64,000 bases of DNA from Macrostomum lignano (lineage: Eukaryota): the NCBI GenBank assembly GCA_002269645.1, contig NIVC01000968.1, positions 1 to 64,000 of the forward strand. The letters are read 5' to 3'. A program made the position numbers and the translations under genes. The notes under the pieces were generated by a model, which ran no database searches, was not told where the DNA came from, and worked only from the letters and a program-made list of their open reading frames with translations. Numbering within the stretch: the stretch's first letter is position 1; each line of letters opens with the position of its first letter. Shown here piece by piece: positions 51,348 to 60,704 of this stretch.

Positions 51348-52660
51348 GGACTGAAACTACCCCGGACTGAAACTACCCCGGACTGAAACTACCCCGGACT
51401 GAAACTACCCCGGCCTGAAACTACCCCGGACTGAAACTACCCCGGACTGAAACTACCCCGGACTGAAACTACCCCGGACTGAAACTACCCCGGACTGAAA
51501 CTACCCCTGACTGGAACTACCCCGGACTGGAACTACCACTGATTAAAACTACCTCTAACTGAAAATACCCCGGACTGAAACTACCTCTGACTGAAACTAC
51601 CACTGAATGAAACTACCTCTGACTGAAAATACCCCGGACTGAAACTACCACTGAATTAAACTACCCCTGACTGAAACTACCACTGAATAAAACTACCTCT
51701 GACTGAAAATACCCCGGACTGAAACTACCTCTGACTGAAACTACCCCTTACTGAAACTACCACTGAATGAAACTACCTCTGACTGAAACTAGCTCTGACT
51801 GAAACTACCCCTGACTGAAACTACCACTGAATGAAACTACCTCTGACTGAAAATACCCCTGACTGAAACTACCACTGAATGAAACTACCTCTGACTGAAA
51901 ATACCCCGGACTGAAACTACCTCTGACTGAAACTACCCCTGACTGAAACTACCACTGAATGAAACTACCTCTGACTGAAACTACCCCTGACTGAAACTAG
52001 CTCTGACTGAAACTACCACTGAATGAAACTACCTCTGACTGAAAATACCCCGGACTGAAACTACCACTGAATGAAACTACCCCTGACTGAAACTACCGCT
52101 GAATGAAACTACCTCTGACTGAAAATACCCCGGACTGAAACTACCTCTGACTGAAACTACCCCTTACTGAAACTACCACTGAATGAAACTACCTCTGACT
52201 GAAAATACCCCTGACTGAAACTACCACTGAATGAAACTACCTCTGACTAAAAAAATACCCCGGACTGAAACTACCCCTGACTGAAACTACCTCTGACTGA
52301 AACTACCACTGAATGAAACTACCTCTGACTGAAAATACCCCTGACTGAAACTACCACTGAATGAAACTACCTCTGACTGAAAATGCCCCGGACTGAAACT
52401 ACCTCTGACTGAAAATGCCCCGGACTGAAACTACCTCTGACTGAAACTACCCCTGACTGAAACTACCACTGAATGAAACTACCTCTGACTGAAAATACCC
52501 CGGACTGAAACTACCTCTGACTGAAACTACCCCTGACTGAAACTACCACTGATGAAACTACCTCTGACTGAAACTACCCCTGACTGAAACTACCACTGAT
52601 GAAACTACCTCTGACTGAAAATACCCCGGACTGAAACTACCACTGAATGAAACTACCTCA
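51348..52660. repeat. 16-bp minisatellite (~80 units) in Nup210 intron 7
   Basis: ACTGAAACTACC(CCGG/TCTG/ACTG) variants arranged in mixed multimers. Confidence 0.95.
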
Positions 52661-52779
52661 CCCTTACTGTGTCAGACGAAAGTCAGAAAGTCAGACGAAC
52701 CCCACACCTTGTAAAATTATATAGGCACACACCTACATCTAAATTCTTTAATCAATCCCCATCCGATGTATTCGTTCAG

Positions 52780-53094
52780 GTGAGCTTCGTATGCGCAGTA
52801 CCAACTAGCCTGCGCCTGCAGCCTCTGCTCAACCTGCCAACCAGGCCTGGCCTGCCGCCCTGTCCCGCCGTACTAGAAGATCTATCCCTCCCCGTGCCTG
52901 TTCACAATTATCGGCCTGTATCGCTGCGTCTGGCTGCCCTGGATGCCGAGGGTCGCCAATTCACTAGTCTGGCCAGTCTGGCCGTGACTGTCTCTACCAG
53001 CGATTCCCAAGTGGCCACCGCGGCCGTTGCCGACGATTCGACGCCTGTGCCGTTGATTCGCGTGCAGCCGAATAATAAGAATGCCACGGTGCAG
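52780..53094 (+). CDS. nup210: Nup210 exon 8
   Basis: ttcgttcag|GTG ... CAG|gtgagt. 315 nt: VSFVCAVPTSLRLQP...LAALDAEGRQFTSLASLAV (human VKFVCAPPSRLTL...AAYDQEGRRFDNFSSLSI). Confidence 0.9.
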
Positions 53095-54013
53095 GTGAGT
53101 CTTAGATAGCTAGTTTGGGCACTGACTGACAGGTGAGAGATGGCTAATTGGGGCACTGACTGACAGGTGAGGGATGACTAATTAAAGCACTGACTGACAG
53201 GTAAGGGATGGCTAATTGGGGCACTGACTGACAGGTGAGGGATGACTGATTAGGGCACTGACTGACAGGTGAGGGATGGCTAATTAGGGCACTGACTGAC
53301 AGGTGAGGGATCACTGATTAGGGCACTGACTGACAGGTGAGGGATGACTAATTAGAGCACTGACTGACAGGTGAGGGATCACTGATTAGGGCACTGACTG
53401 ACAGGTGAGGGATGACTGATTAGGGCACTGACTGACAGGTGAGGGATGACTAATTAGAGCACTGACTGACAGGTAAGGGATGGCTAATTGGGGCACTGAC
53501 TGACAGGTGAGGGATGACTGATTAGGGCACTGACTGACAGGTGAGGGATGGCTAATTAGGTCACTGACTGATCACTGACTGGTCACTTAGGTCGGATGAC
53601 TGATTAGGGCACTGACTGACAGGTGAGGGATGGCTAATTAGGTCACTGACTGACAGGTGATCACTGATCACTGATTAGGGCACTGACTGACAGGTGATCA
53701 CTGATCACTGATTAGGGCACTGACTGACGGGTGAGGGATGGCTAATTAGGGTTAGGGCACTGACTGACAGGTGAGGGATGAATAATTAAGGCACTGACTG
53801 ACAGGTGAGGGATGGCTAATTAAGGCACTGACTGACAGGTGAGGGATGTCTAATTAAGGCACTGACTGACAGGTGAGGGATGGCTAATTAGGGCACTGAC
53901 TAACAGGTGAGGGATGGCTAATTAGGGCACTTACTGACAGGTGAGGGATGGCTAATTAGGGCAATGAGTGACAGGTGAGGTGAGAGATGACTAATTACGG
54001 CACTGACTGACAG
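53095..54013 (+). repeat. 34-bp GT...AG minisatellite (~26 units) in Nup210 intron 8
   Basis: Unit GTGAGGGATGGCTAATTAGGGCACTGACTGACAG, back to back from the real donor; a few irregular units at ~53560-53750. Confidence 0.95.
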
Positions 54014-54068
54014 GTAATGGATGAAGAATCTCAGTAAGATCAGAGTTGTTCCGCTTACTACCTTGCAG

Positions 54069-54929
54069 ATAACGGTGACTCTGTCGGGCTATAAGACCGC
54101 CTATCGCGAATGGACATCGACAGTAAAGCAGCCACCTGTATCGGCCAGCGCCCAGCTGCGCACGGCGGGAGACGCGACAGCCCAGCCCGGCCAGCTGATC
54201 AGCTACTACGGCAGGGGCCGGGCGTCCGCCTACCTGGCCGATGGTAGCGGGCATTTTTACGCTACAGCCGCGGATCAGATTGGCACATCGGGCTCGGCGC
54301 CAACAATACAAGGCCGATTTTTAACAGCCGGCAGCGAGCGGGAGACCGAATCAACTGTGACAGTGTACGATCTGTGCATGGACCGGGTCACGCCATTGGA
54401 GGTGCCGTTACTGGTTGTGGCGCTGCGCTCGCTGCGGCTGATCATGGAGGATCGCCTGCCGTTGGGCGGCCGCGAGACCGGCTCGCTCAGCCTGCTGGGT
54501 AGGGGAGACAGGCCAATTCCTACGCGGCTCATTATGGATGCGGGACTGCCGCTTAGCCTGCGATCGGAGCCGCCGGGACTTGTTAGCGTGGCGTTCGATG
54601 CCGCCGCGTCCAAGGCCAGCAACGAAGGCGTGGGAGTTGTCAGCGCAACCGGCGATGCGGTCGGAGTGGCCCGGGTTCAAGCCGAGTGCCAGGGGGTGCG
54701 CAGCAACTGGGCTCAGGTGTCAGTTTATCCGCCTCTCCGTCTGCGCCCAGCTAATGTCACCCTGCTGGTTGGCAGCCAGCTGCAGCTGCAGGCTGTTGGC
54801 GGCCCGCCTGCTGCGGCGCTTCGCTTCTCGGCTCTGCTCGATGGAGCCAGCCGGCGATTCGGATCGGCCGCCGTGGCCGCCGTGTCCCAGGCCGGTCTGG
54901 TTGACGCCACCGCCGAGGGTCGGGTTCAG
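54069..54929 (+). CDS. nup210: Nup210 exon 9
   Basis: ccttgcag|ATA ... CAG|gttcg. 861 nt: YGRGRASAYLADGSGHF...TVTVYDLC...AQVSVYPPLRLRPANVTLLVGSQLQLQAVGGP. Confidence 0.92.
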
Positions 54930-55116
54930 GTTCGTAATCTGGTGTCGCTATGAAAGTCGCATTTTTAAGGCTCGAGAGTTATAGGAACTCCAAGGATTTT
55001 GGAATTATGGGAAAAGTTTGAAGGCTCACTGTAAGAAATTTTTGTCACATCGAACGGCTCCATTCTCACAGCTTCAACTTCACATAGCTCCAACGTCACA
55101 TCTCCAATCTCACTTC

Positions 55117-55275
55117 TGTTGTGCTTTTGGCTTTTAGCCTTTAGCAATTGTCAGTCTAGCGGTCTGCTGACCTCTGACGCGTCTATTATTTATTTCATAA
55201 CTCAATTGCATGGTTCAATTCATCAACGCAGTCGCGTAACAAAAATGTCTATGGCAAAGCCATCAACCCACAACA
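55117..55275 (-). repeat. 3' LTR (159 bp)
   Basis: TGTTGTG...CACAACA termini; AATAAA on the minus strand. Confidence 0.97.
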
Positions 55276-55288
55276 CCCTCCCTCTTCT
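55276..55288 (-). other. Polypurine tract
   Basis: AGAAGAGGGAGGG immediately 5' of the 3' LTR. Confidence 0.9.
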
Positions 55289-55311
55289 ATAGGTAGGTGT
55301 ACAATTATCAC

Positions 55312-57132
55312 TCAGGTGCGATAAAAAATTCTAGTTTTCTTGGCCAAGCGTTCGCTTCGCCTGGGTGACGGCTTGGATTGAACTCCAACCTCAGTCTGTT
55401 GCTGTTGTGCTCTCTCAGCTTGTTCTGTTCCCGGTAGTATCTCAGTGTCTGTCGATGACGGACGCGTCTGTTGGCCGTCGTCACTTGGACTGCTGCCACC
55501 GGGCTTGGAATTCCCCATTTCCGTAGTTCCGTGAGCCTCATGTACCTCACCGATTCGTAGTTGATCGAGGTGGGTCTTTAGATTTCGTCCAGTCTCTGTG
55601 GTGACGACTGCTGTGTTGCTGCCAAGCATTTTGGCGAATCTCACAGTTCGTGGCTCATGAGAACTCGATGCACGGTAGATGAGTGATTCTCCTGGGATCC
55701 ACTTGGACTGAGTGCTGCTCTCCGAGATGGGGAGTCTTATTTGTCTGCCGTTCAACAACTCGGACGGTGATGCTTGCTGCTTCCCTTTGGCAGCTCTGTA
55801 GAACAGTAGAAATCTGTCAATACTTCTTTGGGATAAACCATTGGTCTTGATTGTCTCTTTGACGGTTCGCACCATTCGCTCTGCAATGCCGTTGCTCTGT
55901 GGATGGTAGGCGGGCGTTGTGATGTGCGAACAGCCAATCTGGGTGAGCCAGCCGGTCACCGCTTCGCTCACAAAACTAGGGCCGTTGTCTGACACGAGAC
56001 ACTTGGGCACCCCCTGTTGTGAGAACAATCTTCTAAGTCTGGAAATGACTGTGTCGGCCTTCATGTCGCTCGTGATGAAGACTTCCGGGTAGCTCGAGTG
56101 CGCATCCACAATGATGAGTAGGTACGAGTACTTGCCCTCTATCGGACCGGCAAAATCAATGTGCACTCGCTCCCAGGGGTTGTCAGGTTCTGGCCACGAG
56201 TGCCGAAAGTTCTTATTTCTGGACTTGTACGCGTTGCACACGTTGCATCGTCCAATGTAGTCAGCGATGTCACGGTCCATCTGTGGCCACCAGAACTGTT
56301 CCCTCAAAATTGACTTTGACTTTTCCACCCCAAGGTGCGTTGAGTGTACAGCTGCCAGGGCAGTTTCTCTCAGGACACGAGGCAATACAATTCTGTTCAT
56401 TCTGTAAATAATTCCATCATTGACAGTTAGTTCATCTTGAACCTTTGAGTAGCTGAGTAGGTGTGGGTCGTCAAATAGATTATTGTTAATTATGGCTGCG
56501 CCCAGGCATCTGAACTCCGGGTCCTCTCTGGTTGCGTGTGCAATGCGATCCAGCTGAATTACTCCCGGGTTGTCAGCTTCGAGGAGTCCGATCGATGCTG
56601 TCTGTGCATTCGGCTTAGCGGGCACCAGTCGAGATAGCGCATCCGACAGCATTAGCTTTGATGGTCGATACTGTATGACATAGTCATAAGCAGCTAGCAT
56701 GATTGCCCATCGTTGTAGTCGAGCTGAAACTCTGGTGGGCAGCTGTTTGTCTGGCGCGAATATGTATGTGAGGGGCCGGTGATCAGTTATCAGTGTGAAC
56801 CTCCGGCCATACAAGAACCGATGGCATCTTTGAATGCACCAAACCAGTGCCAGGCCTTCACGCTCTATTTGCGAATATTTTGTTTCGGCGTCAGACAGAG
56901 TTTTGCTCATGTACAGCACGACTTGACCGCTTTGTGTCAACACTCCGCCCAGAGCTCGCTGAGAACTGTCGCATTCCAGTTCAATGGGCTTCTCCGGATC
57001 AAATATTTGAAGACTCGATTGATCAGAGAGAGTGACCTTGATTTCGTCAAATGCTATTTGACACTCCTTTGTCCACACGAAGTCCTCATTTTTCTTTCTT
57101 AGTCGATTGAGAGGCTTGGTCAGTGCAGCTAG
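55312..57132 (-). CDS. pol: Gypsy pol, part 2 (RT thumb, RNase H, integrase)
   Basis: LECDSSQRALGGVL, YSQIEREGLA, TDHRPL; HHCC motif (HSTHLG...CNVC); D-D-E (HIDFAG, SDNGPSF, AERMV). No chromodomain. Reached by a -1 shift near 57133. Confidence 0.93.
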   Translation of the reverse strand, partial: LAALTKPLNRLRKKNEDFVWTKECQIAFDEIKVTLSDQSSLQIFDPEKPIELECDSSQRALGGVLTQSGQVVLYMSKTLSDAETKYSQIEREGLALVWCIQRCHRFLYGRRFTLITDHRPLTYIFAPDKQLPTRVSARLQRWAIMLAAYDYVIQYRPSKLMLSDALSRLVPAKPNAQTASIGLLEADNPGVIQLDRIAHATREDPEFRCLGAAIINNNLFDDPHLLSYSKVQDELTVNDGIIYRMNRIVLPRVLRETALAAVHSTHLGVEKSKSILREQFWWPQMDRDIADYIGRCNVCNAYKSRNKNFRHSWPEPDNPWERVHIDFAGPIEGKYSYLLIIVDAHSSYPEVFITSDMKADTVISRLRRLFSQQGVPKCLVSDNGPSFVSEAVTGWLTQIGCSHITTPAYHPQSNGIAERMVRTVKETIKTNGLSQRSIDRFLLFYRAAKGKQQASPSELLNGRQIRLPISESSTQSKWIPGESLIYRASSSHEPRTVRFAKMLGSNTAVVTTETGRNLKTHLDQLRIGEVHEAHGTTEMGNSKPGGSSPSDDGQQTRPSSTDTEILPGTEQAERAQQQQTEVGVQSKPSPRRSERLAKKTRIFYRT

Positions 57133-58337
57133 GTTCTGATGAACTTGCCGCTAAAATTTACGAGACCTAGGAAAGATTCAAGCTCGCCAACGTTCTGCGG
57201 TGGTGTCATGTCCTGGATTGCCTTCACTTTGGCTGGGTCCGGCTTGAGCTGATCTCCTTCCAATAAGTAGCCTAGAAACTTGATCGAAGTCTTGCGGAAT
57301 TCACTTTTCGCCGTGTTGATCTTCAATCCTTGCTGGTTTAGTCGATGCAATACTTCCGTCTCACGAACTGCCAATTGTTCTACGCCTTTGCCGCATATCA
57401 ATATGTCGTCTACGTAGGCAATGACGCCAGGAATTCCTTGTAGGACTTGGCTAATGTACCGCTGGAAGATCGCAGGTGCTGTTTTCACTCCGAACGGAAG
57501 CTTGTTGAAAGCGAACATCCGAAATGGTGTTGACATTACTGTCAGCTCTTTGGAAGCTTCATCTAGTGGGATCTGGTGATAAGCTTTCTCTAGGTCCAGA
57601 CGAGTGTATATCCGGCTGCCAGCAGCAGTTGCAATCACTTCGTCAGGTGCAGGCATCGGATATGAATCGTTGATAAGATGAGAATTGATTGTCACCTTGT
57701 AGTCGACGCAAAGTCTGAGCTTTCCAGAAGGTTTCTTGACCACGACAATTGGTGAGGCCCATTCACTGAACTTGACGGGCTTGATGGTGTCTTCTTCAAG
57801 CAACCGATCGATTTCATCCTTGACTCCCTGTCTGAGTGCGAAGGGTAGCGGCCTGGGTTTGCAATGAATTGGAGTGGTTCCTTCCTTGATCTTAAGAGTT
57901 ACTGGTGGAAATTCGCATGACTGGGTTGCCGATGTGCAGCTGTTGTCTACAGCGTTTAGCGTGAAATTGAGCTTGTCTCGGCCAACCAGAACAAAGTTCC
58001 TCTGCGATTCCACAATGAAGAATGTGATTGGAATGAACTCGTCATTGTACTCCAACTCAGTGTCGTGTGTTCCAAAGACCTTCATCTGCGTATCAGCGTA
58101 TGTTGTCAGAACAGTGTCTGTAGGTGTCAGCTTTGGACAACCCAATCGTTTCCAGATCGTTTTTGACATTACCGAAACTCCTGCCCCAGTATCGATTTGT
58201 GCGTTCACGCTAAGCATCGACCCGCTCGTGTGTCTGAGCCTAACAGGCACGGTGTAGCTATCAACGGGATGTCGAATGTGAAAACAATCCTCCTGTTCAG
58301 CTTCGCTTGCATCTACAAAGCTTGTGGTCCTTGGCAC
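57129..58337 (-). CDS. pol: Gypsy pol, part 1 (aspartic protease plus RT)
   Basis: QIDTGAGVSVM, EWASPIVVVKK, LRLCVDY, LDLEKAYHQ, LPFG, YVDDIL. Premature TAG after KFIRT caused by a missing base. Confidence 0.93.
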   Translation of the reverse strand: MPRTTSFVDASEAEQEDCFHIRHPVDSYTVPVRLRHTSGSMLSVNAQIDTGAGVSVMSKTIWKRLGCPKLTPTDTVLTTYADTQMKVFGTHDTELEYNDEFIPITFFIVESQRNFVLVGRDKLNFTLNAVDNSCTSATQSCEFPPVTLKIKEGTTPIHCKPRPLPFALRQGVKDEIDRLLEEDTIKPVKFSEWASPIVVVKKPSGKLRLCVDYKVTINSHLINDSYPMPAPDEVIATAAGSRIYTRLDLEKAYHQIPLDEASKELTVMSTPFRMFAFNKLPFGVKTAPAIFQRYISQVLQGIPGVIAYVDDILICGKGVEQLAVRETEVLHRLNQQGLKINTAKSEFRKTSIKFLGYLLEGDQLKPDPAKVKAIQDMTPPQNVGELESFLGLVNFSGKFIRT

Positions 58338-59275
58338 ACTGCAGCTCGCCTAAATTGACCAGATGCTGACGGGCTTTTGAGCGATTTTCGGCCTTTGCCA
58401 AAACCAGTTGATTTCGTTTTGCAAACTGTTGCGAAGTGGTTTTGCATGCCACATTTGTTGCACGTTTTTCCTTTCGCAGGACACCCTCCATTGGAGCCAT
58501 GCATTGTGCCACATCTGCCACACTTGGAGCTTGTAGAGTGGGAGCCTCTGGTCACCGATGCTGAAATTTTCATTACTTCAGAAGACTGCGGCTGACTGGT
58601 GCAACCCTTTAGTATTTGCGTTTGTGATAGGTTCTGGTGCGCCTCAGCGATGTTGATAGCTGTCTCAAACGTGAGAGTGCTGAAGTCCTGTTCCAATAAC
58701 TTGCTGATGGCCACCTTGTCATTCAAACCGAATACGAGCTGATCTCTCAGTCTCTCATCTCTGGATAGGCCAAACTGACACTTGTCTGCCTGCATGCAGA
58801 GTTGCTGTGCATACTCACGAATGCTCATTGATGCCGTGCGAGTGATATGCTGGAAATTGAATCTCTCAGCCATGACGAACGTCTTTGGTTCCAGGATGCT
58901 GGCCAGTAGTTTGGTCAGTTCATCGAAGCTCTTTTCTCCCGGCTTCTTGGGAGCGGCTCGATCTGCCAATGCGTCGTACAGCTTGGTGCTGAGCTTCATC
59001 AGCAGCAGCTTGTTTTTCGTGTCGTCCTGCCAGCCGTTGAGTTCGCTGCACAGTGTGAATTGGTCCAACCACCTCTGGAAGTTCGAACTTCCATCGAGTT
59101 TTTCGATGTCAACTTGCTGTCCTCTCGATACTTGTGCGCTTGGGTTCTGCGCTGTCGCTGTTGCCGACTTTGTCGCTTGGACTGATTTCGACGAGATCGC
59201 AAGCGGTGGTGCTTTGTCGCTCGAAACCGTTTTACCAACTCCTTTAGTTGGCGATGCTGGCGTACTTCCAGGCAT
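58313..59275 (-). CDS. gag: Gypsy gag with two Cys/His knuckles
   Basis: 320 aa. CxFG...ERLRDQLVFG capsid motif and CGRCGTMH..CPAKGKTCNKCGMQNHFATVC, a Mag-clade-type arrangement. Confidence 0.93.
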   Translation of the reverse strand: MPGSTPASPTKGVGKTVSSDKAPPLAISSKSVQATKSATATAQNPSAQVSRGQQVDIEKLDGSSNFQRWLDQFTLCSELNGWQDDTKNKLLLMKLSTKLYDALADRAAPKKPGEKSFDELTKLLASILEPKTFVMAERFNFQHITRTASMSIREYAQQLCMQADKCQFGLSRDERLRDQLVFGLNDKVAISKLLEQDFSTLTFETAINIAEAHQNLSQTQILKGCTSQPQSSEVMKISASVTRGSHSTSSKCGRCGTMHGSNGGCPAKGKTCNKCGMQNHFATVCKTKSTGFGKGRKSLKSPSASGQFRRAAVCQGPQAL

Positions 59276-59287
59276 TTTCGTAGCCTA

Positions 59288-59302
59288 TGCTTGCCGACGC
59301 CA
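59288..59302 (-). other. Primer binding site
   Basis: TGGCGTCGGCAAGCA one base after the 5' LTR, complementary to a tRNA 3' end ...GCCGAC-G-CCA. The G discriminator is compatible with tRNA-Ser (inference). Confidence 0.8.
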
Positions 59303-59303
59303 C

Positions 59304-59462
59304 TGTTGTGCTTTTGGCTTTTAGCCTTTAGCAATTGTCAGTCTAGCGGTCTGCTGACCTCTGACGCGTCTATTATTTATTTCATAACTCAATAGCATGG
59401 TTCAATTCATCAACGCAGTCGCGTAACAAAAATGTCTATGGCAAAGCCATCAACCCACAACA
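59304..59462 (-). repeat. 5' LTR (159 bp)
   Basis: 158/159 identical to the 3' LTR (caattgc versus caatagc). Confidence 0.97.
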
Positions 59463-59467
59463 ACTTC

Positions 59468-60250
59468 TAGCTTCAATTCCACATTGCTCCGATCTCACTC
59501 AGTTCCAAGCTCACATAGCTCTAATCTCACATTGCTCCAATCTCAAATTACTCCAATCTCACCCAGCTCCAATCTCAGCTAGGTCCAATCTTACCCTGCT
59601 CCAATCTCACTCAGCTCCAATCTCACTCAGCTCCAATCTCACCCAGCTCCAATCTCACCCAGCTCCAATCTCACCCTGCTCCAATCTTACCCTGCTCCAA
59701 TCTCATTCAGCTCCAGTCTCACCCAGCTCCAATCTCAGCTAGCTCCAATTTCAGCCAGCTCCAATCTCAACCTGCTCCAATCTTACCCTGCTCCAATCTC
59801 ACTCAGCTCCAATCTCACTCAGCTCCAATCTCACCCAGCTCCAATCTCACCCAGCTCCAATCTCACCCAGCTCCAATCTCACCCAGATCCAATCTCACCC
59901 TGCTCCAATCTTTCCCTGCTCCAATCTCACTCAGCTCCAGTCTCACCCAGCTCCAATCTCGGCTAGCTCCAATCTCACCCAGCTCTAATCTCAGCTAGCT
60001 CCAATTTCAGCCAGCTCCAATCTCACCCTGCTCCAATCTCACCGGGCTCCAATCTCACCCTGCTCCAATCTTACCCTGCTCCAATCTTACCCTGCTCCAA
60101 TCTCACTCAGCTCCAATCTCACCCAGCTCCAATCTCAGCTAGCTCCTATCTCACCCAGCTCCTCTTATCTCACCCAGCTCCAATCTCAGCTAGCTCCAAT
60201 CTCACCCAGCTCCTCTTATCTCACCCAGCTCCAATCTCAGCTAGCTCCAG
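59468..60250. repeat. 16-bp minisatellite in Nup210 intron 9
   Basis: CTCCAATCTCACCCAG unit; degenerate copies also lie left of the LTR at ~55070-55116. Confidence 0.93.
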
Positions 60251-60388
60251 TCTCTCTCGCGTGTAATAAAATATTTACTACTGAAAACCGTCGGCGAAAC
60301 AAAATTTGCATATTTTTTCTGTTTTTTTTTCTAAAAAAGTCGAATAAAATATTTGACATCACTACTGCCCCTGTTGCTTTACCCACAG

Positions 60389-60628
60389 GTTCGCGTAGAA
60401 TCGGTCGGCTTTGACTCTACAGGCAGTGCTCGGGTATTTTCCACCGCCTACGGCTGGGTGTCCGTTGTGCCACTGGCCGAACTGCGAGTTCACGCACCTG
60501 TTGCTGCTATCAAAGTTGGCAACTGCGTGCCGTTGTGGGCGGTGGCTCAAGGCGGCGTCGGCCCGATCGCATTGGCAACCGTAACTCCGGCCATGTACTT
60601 TCACTGGAGTCTGGACGGGGAGGGACAG
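60389..60628 (+). CDS. nup210: Nup210 exon 10
   Basis: acccacag|GTT ... CAG|gtaag. 240 nt: VVPLAELRVHAPVAAIKVGNCVPLWAV...TPAMYFHWSL. Confidence 0.88.
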
Positions 60629-60704
60629 GTAAGGGTGCTTAAATTGCATTTCCATAGGAAGCCCCGATCACTGAATCAAGCCTACTAGATTTAGGCTGTG
60701 TCTT

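Larger units (their letters stand above)
55117..59462 (-). mobile_element. Full-length Ty3/Gypsy (Mag-like) LTR retrotransposon, antisense in Nup210 intron 9
   Basis: 159-bp TG...CA LTRs differing at one base; 5-bp TSD ACTTC at 55112-55116 and 59463-59467; PBS, PPT and gag-PR-RT-RH-IN order. Confidence 0.97.
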
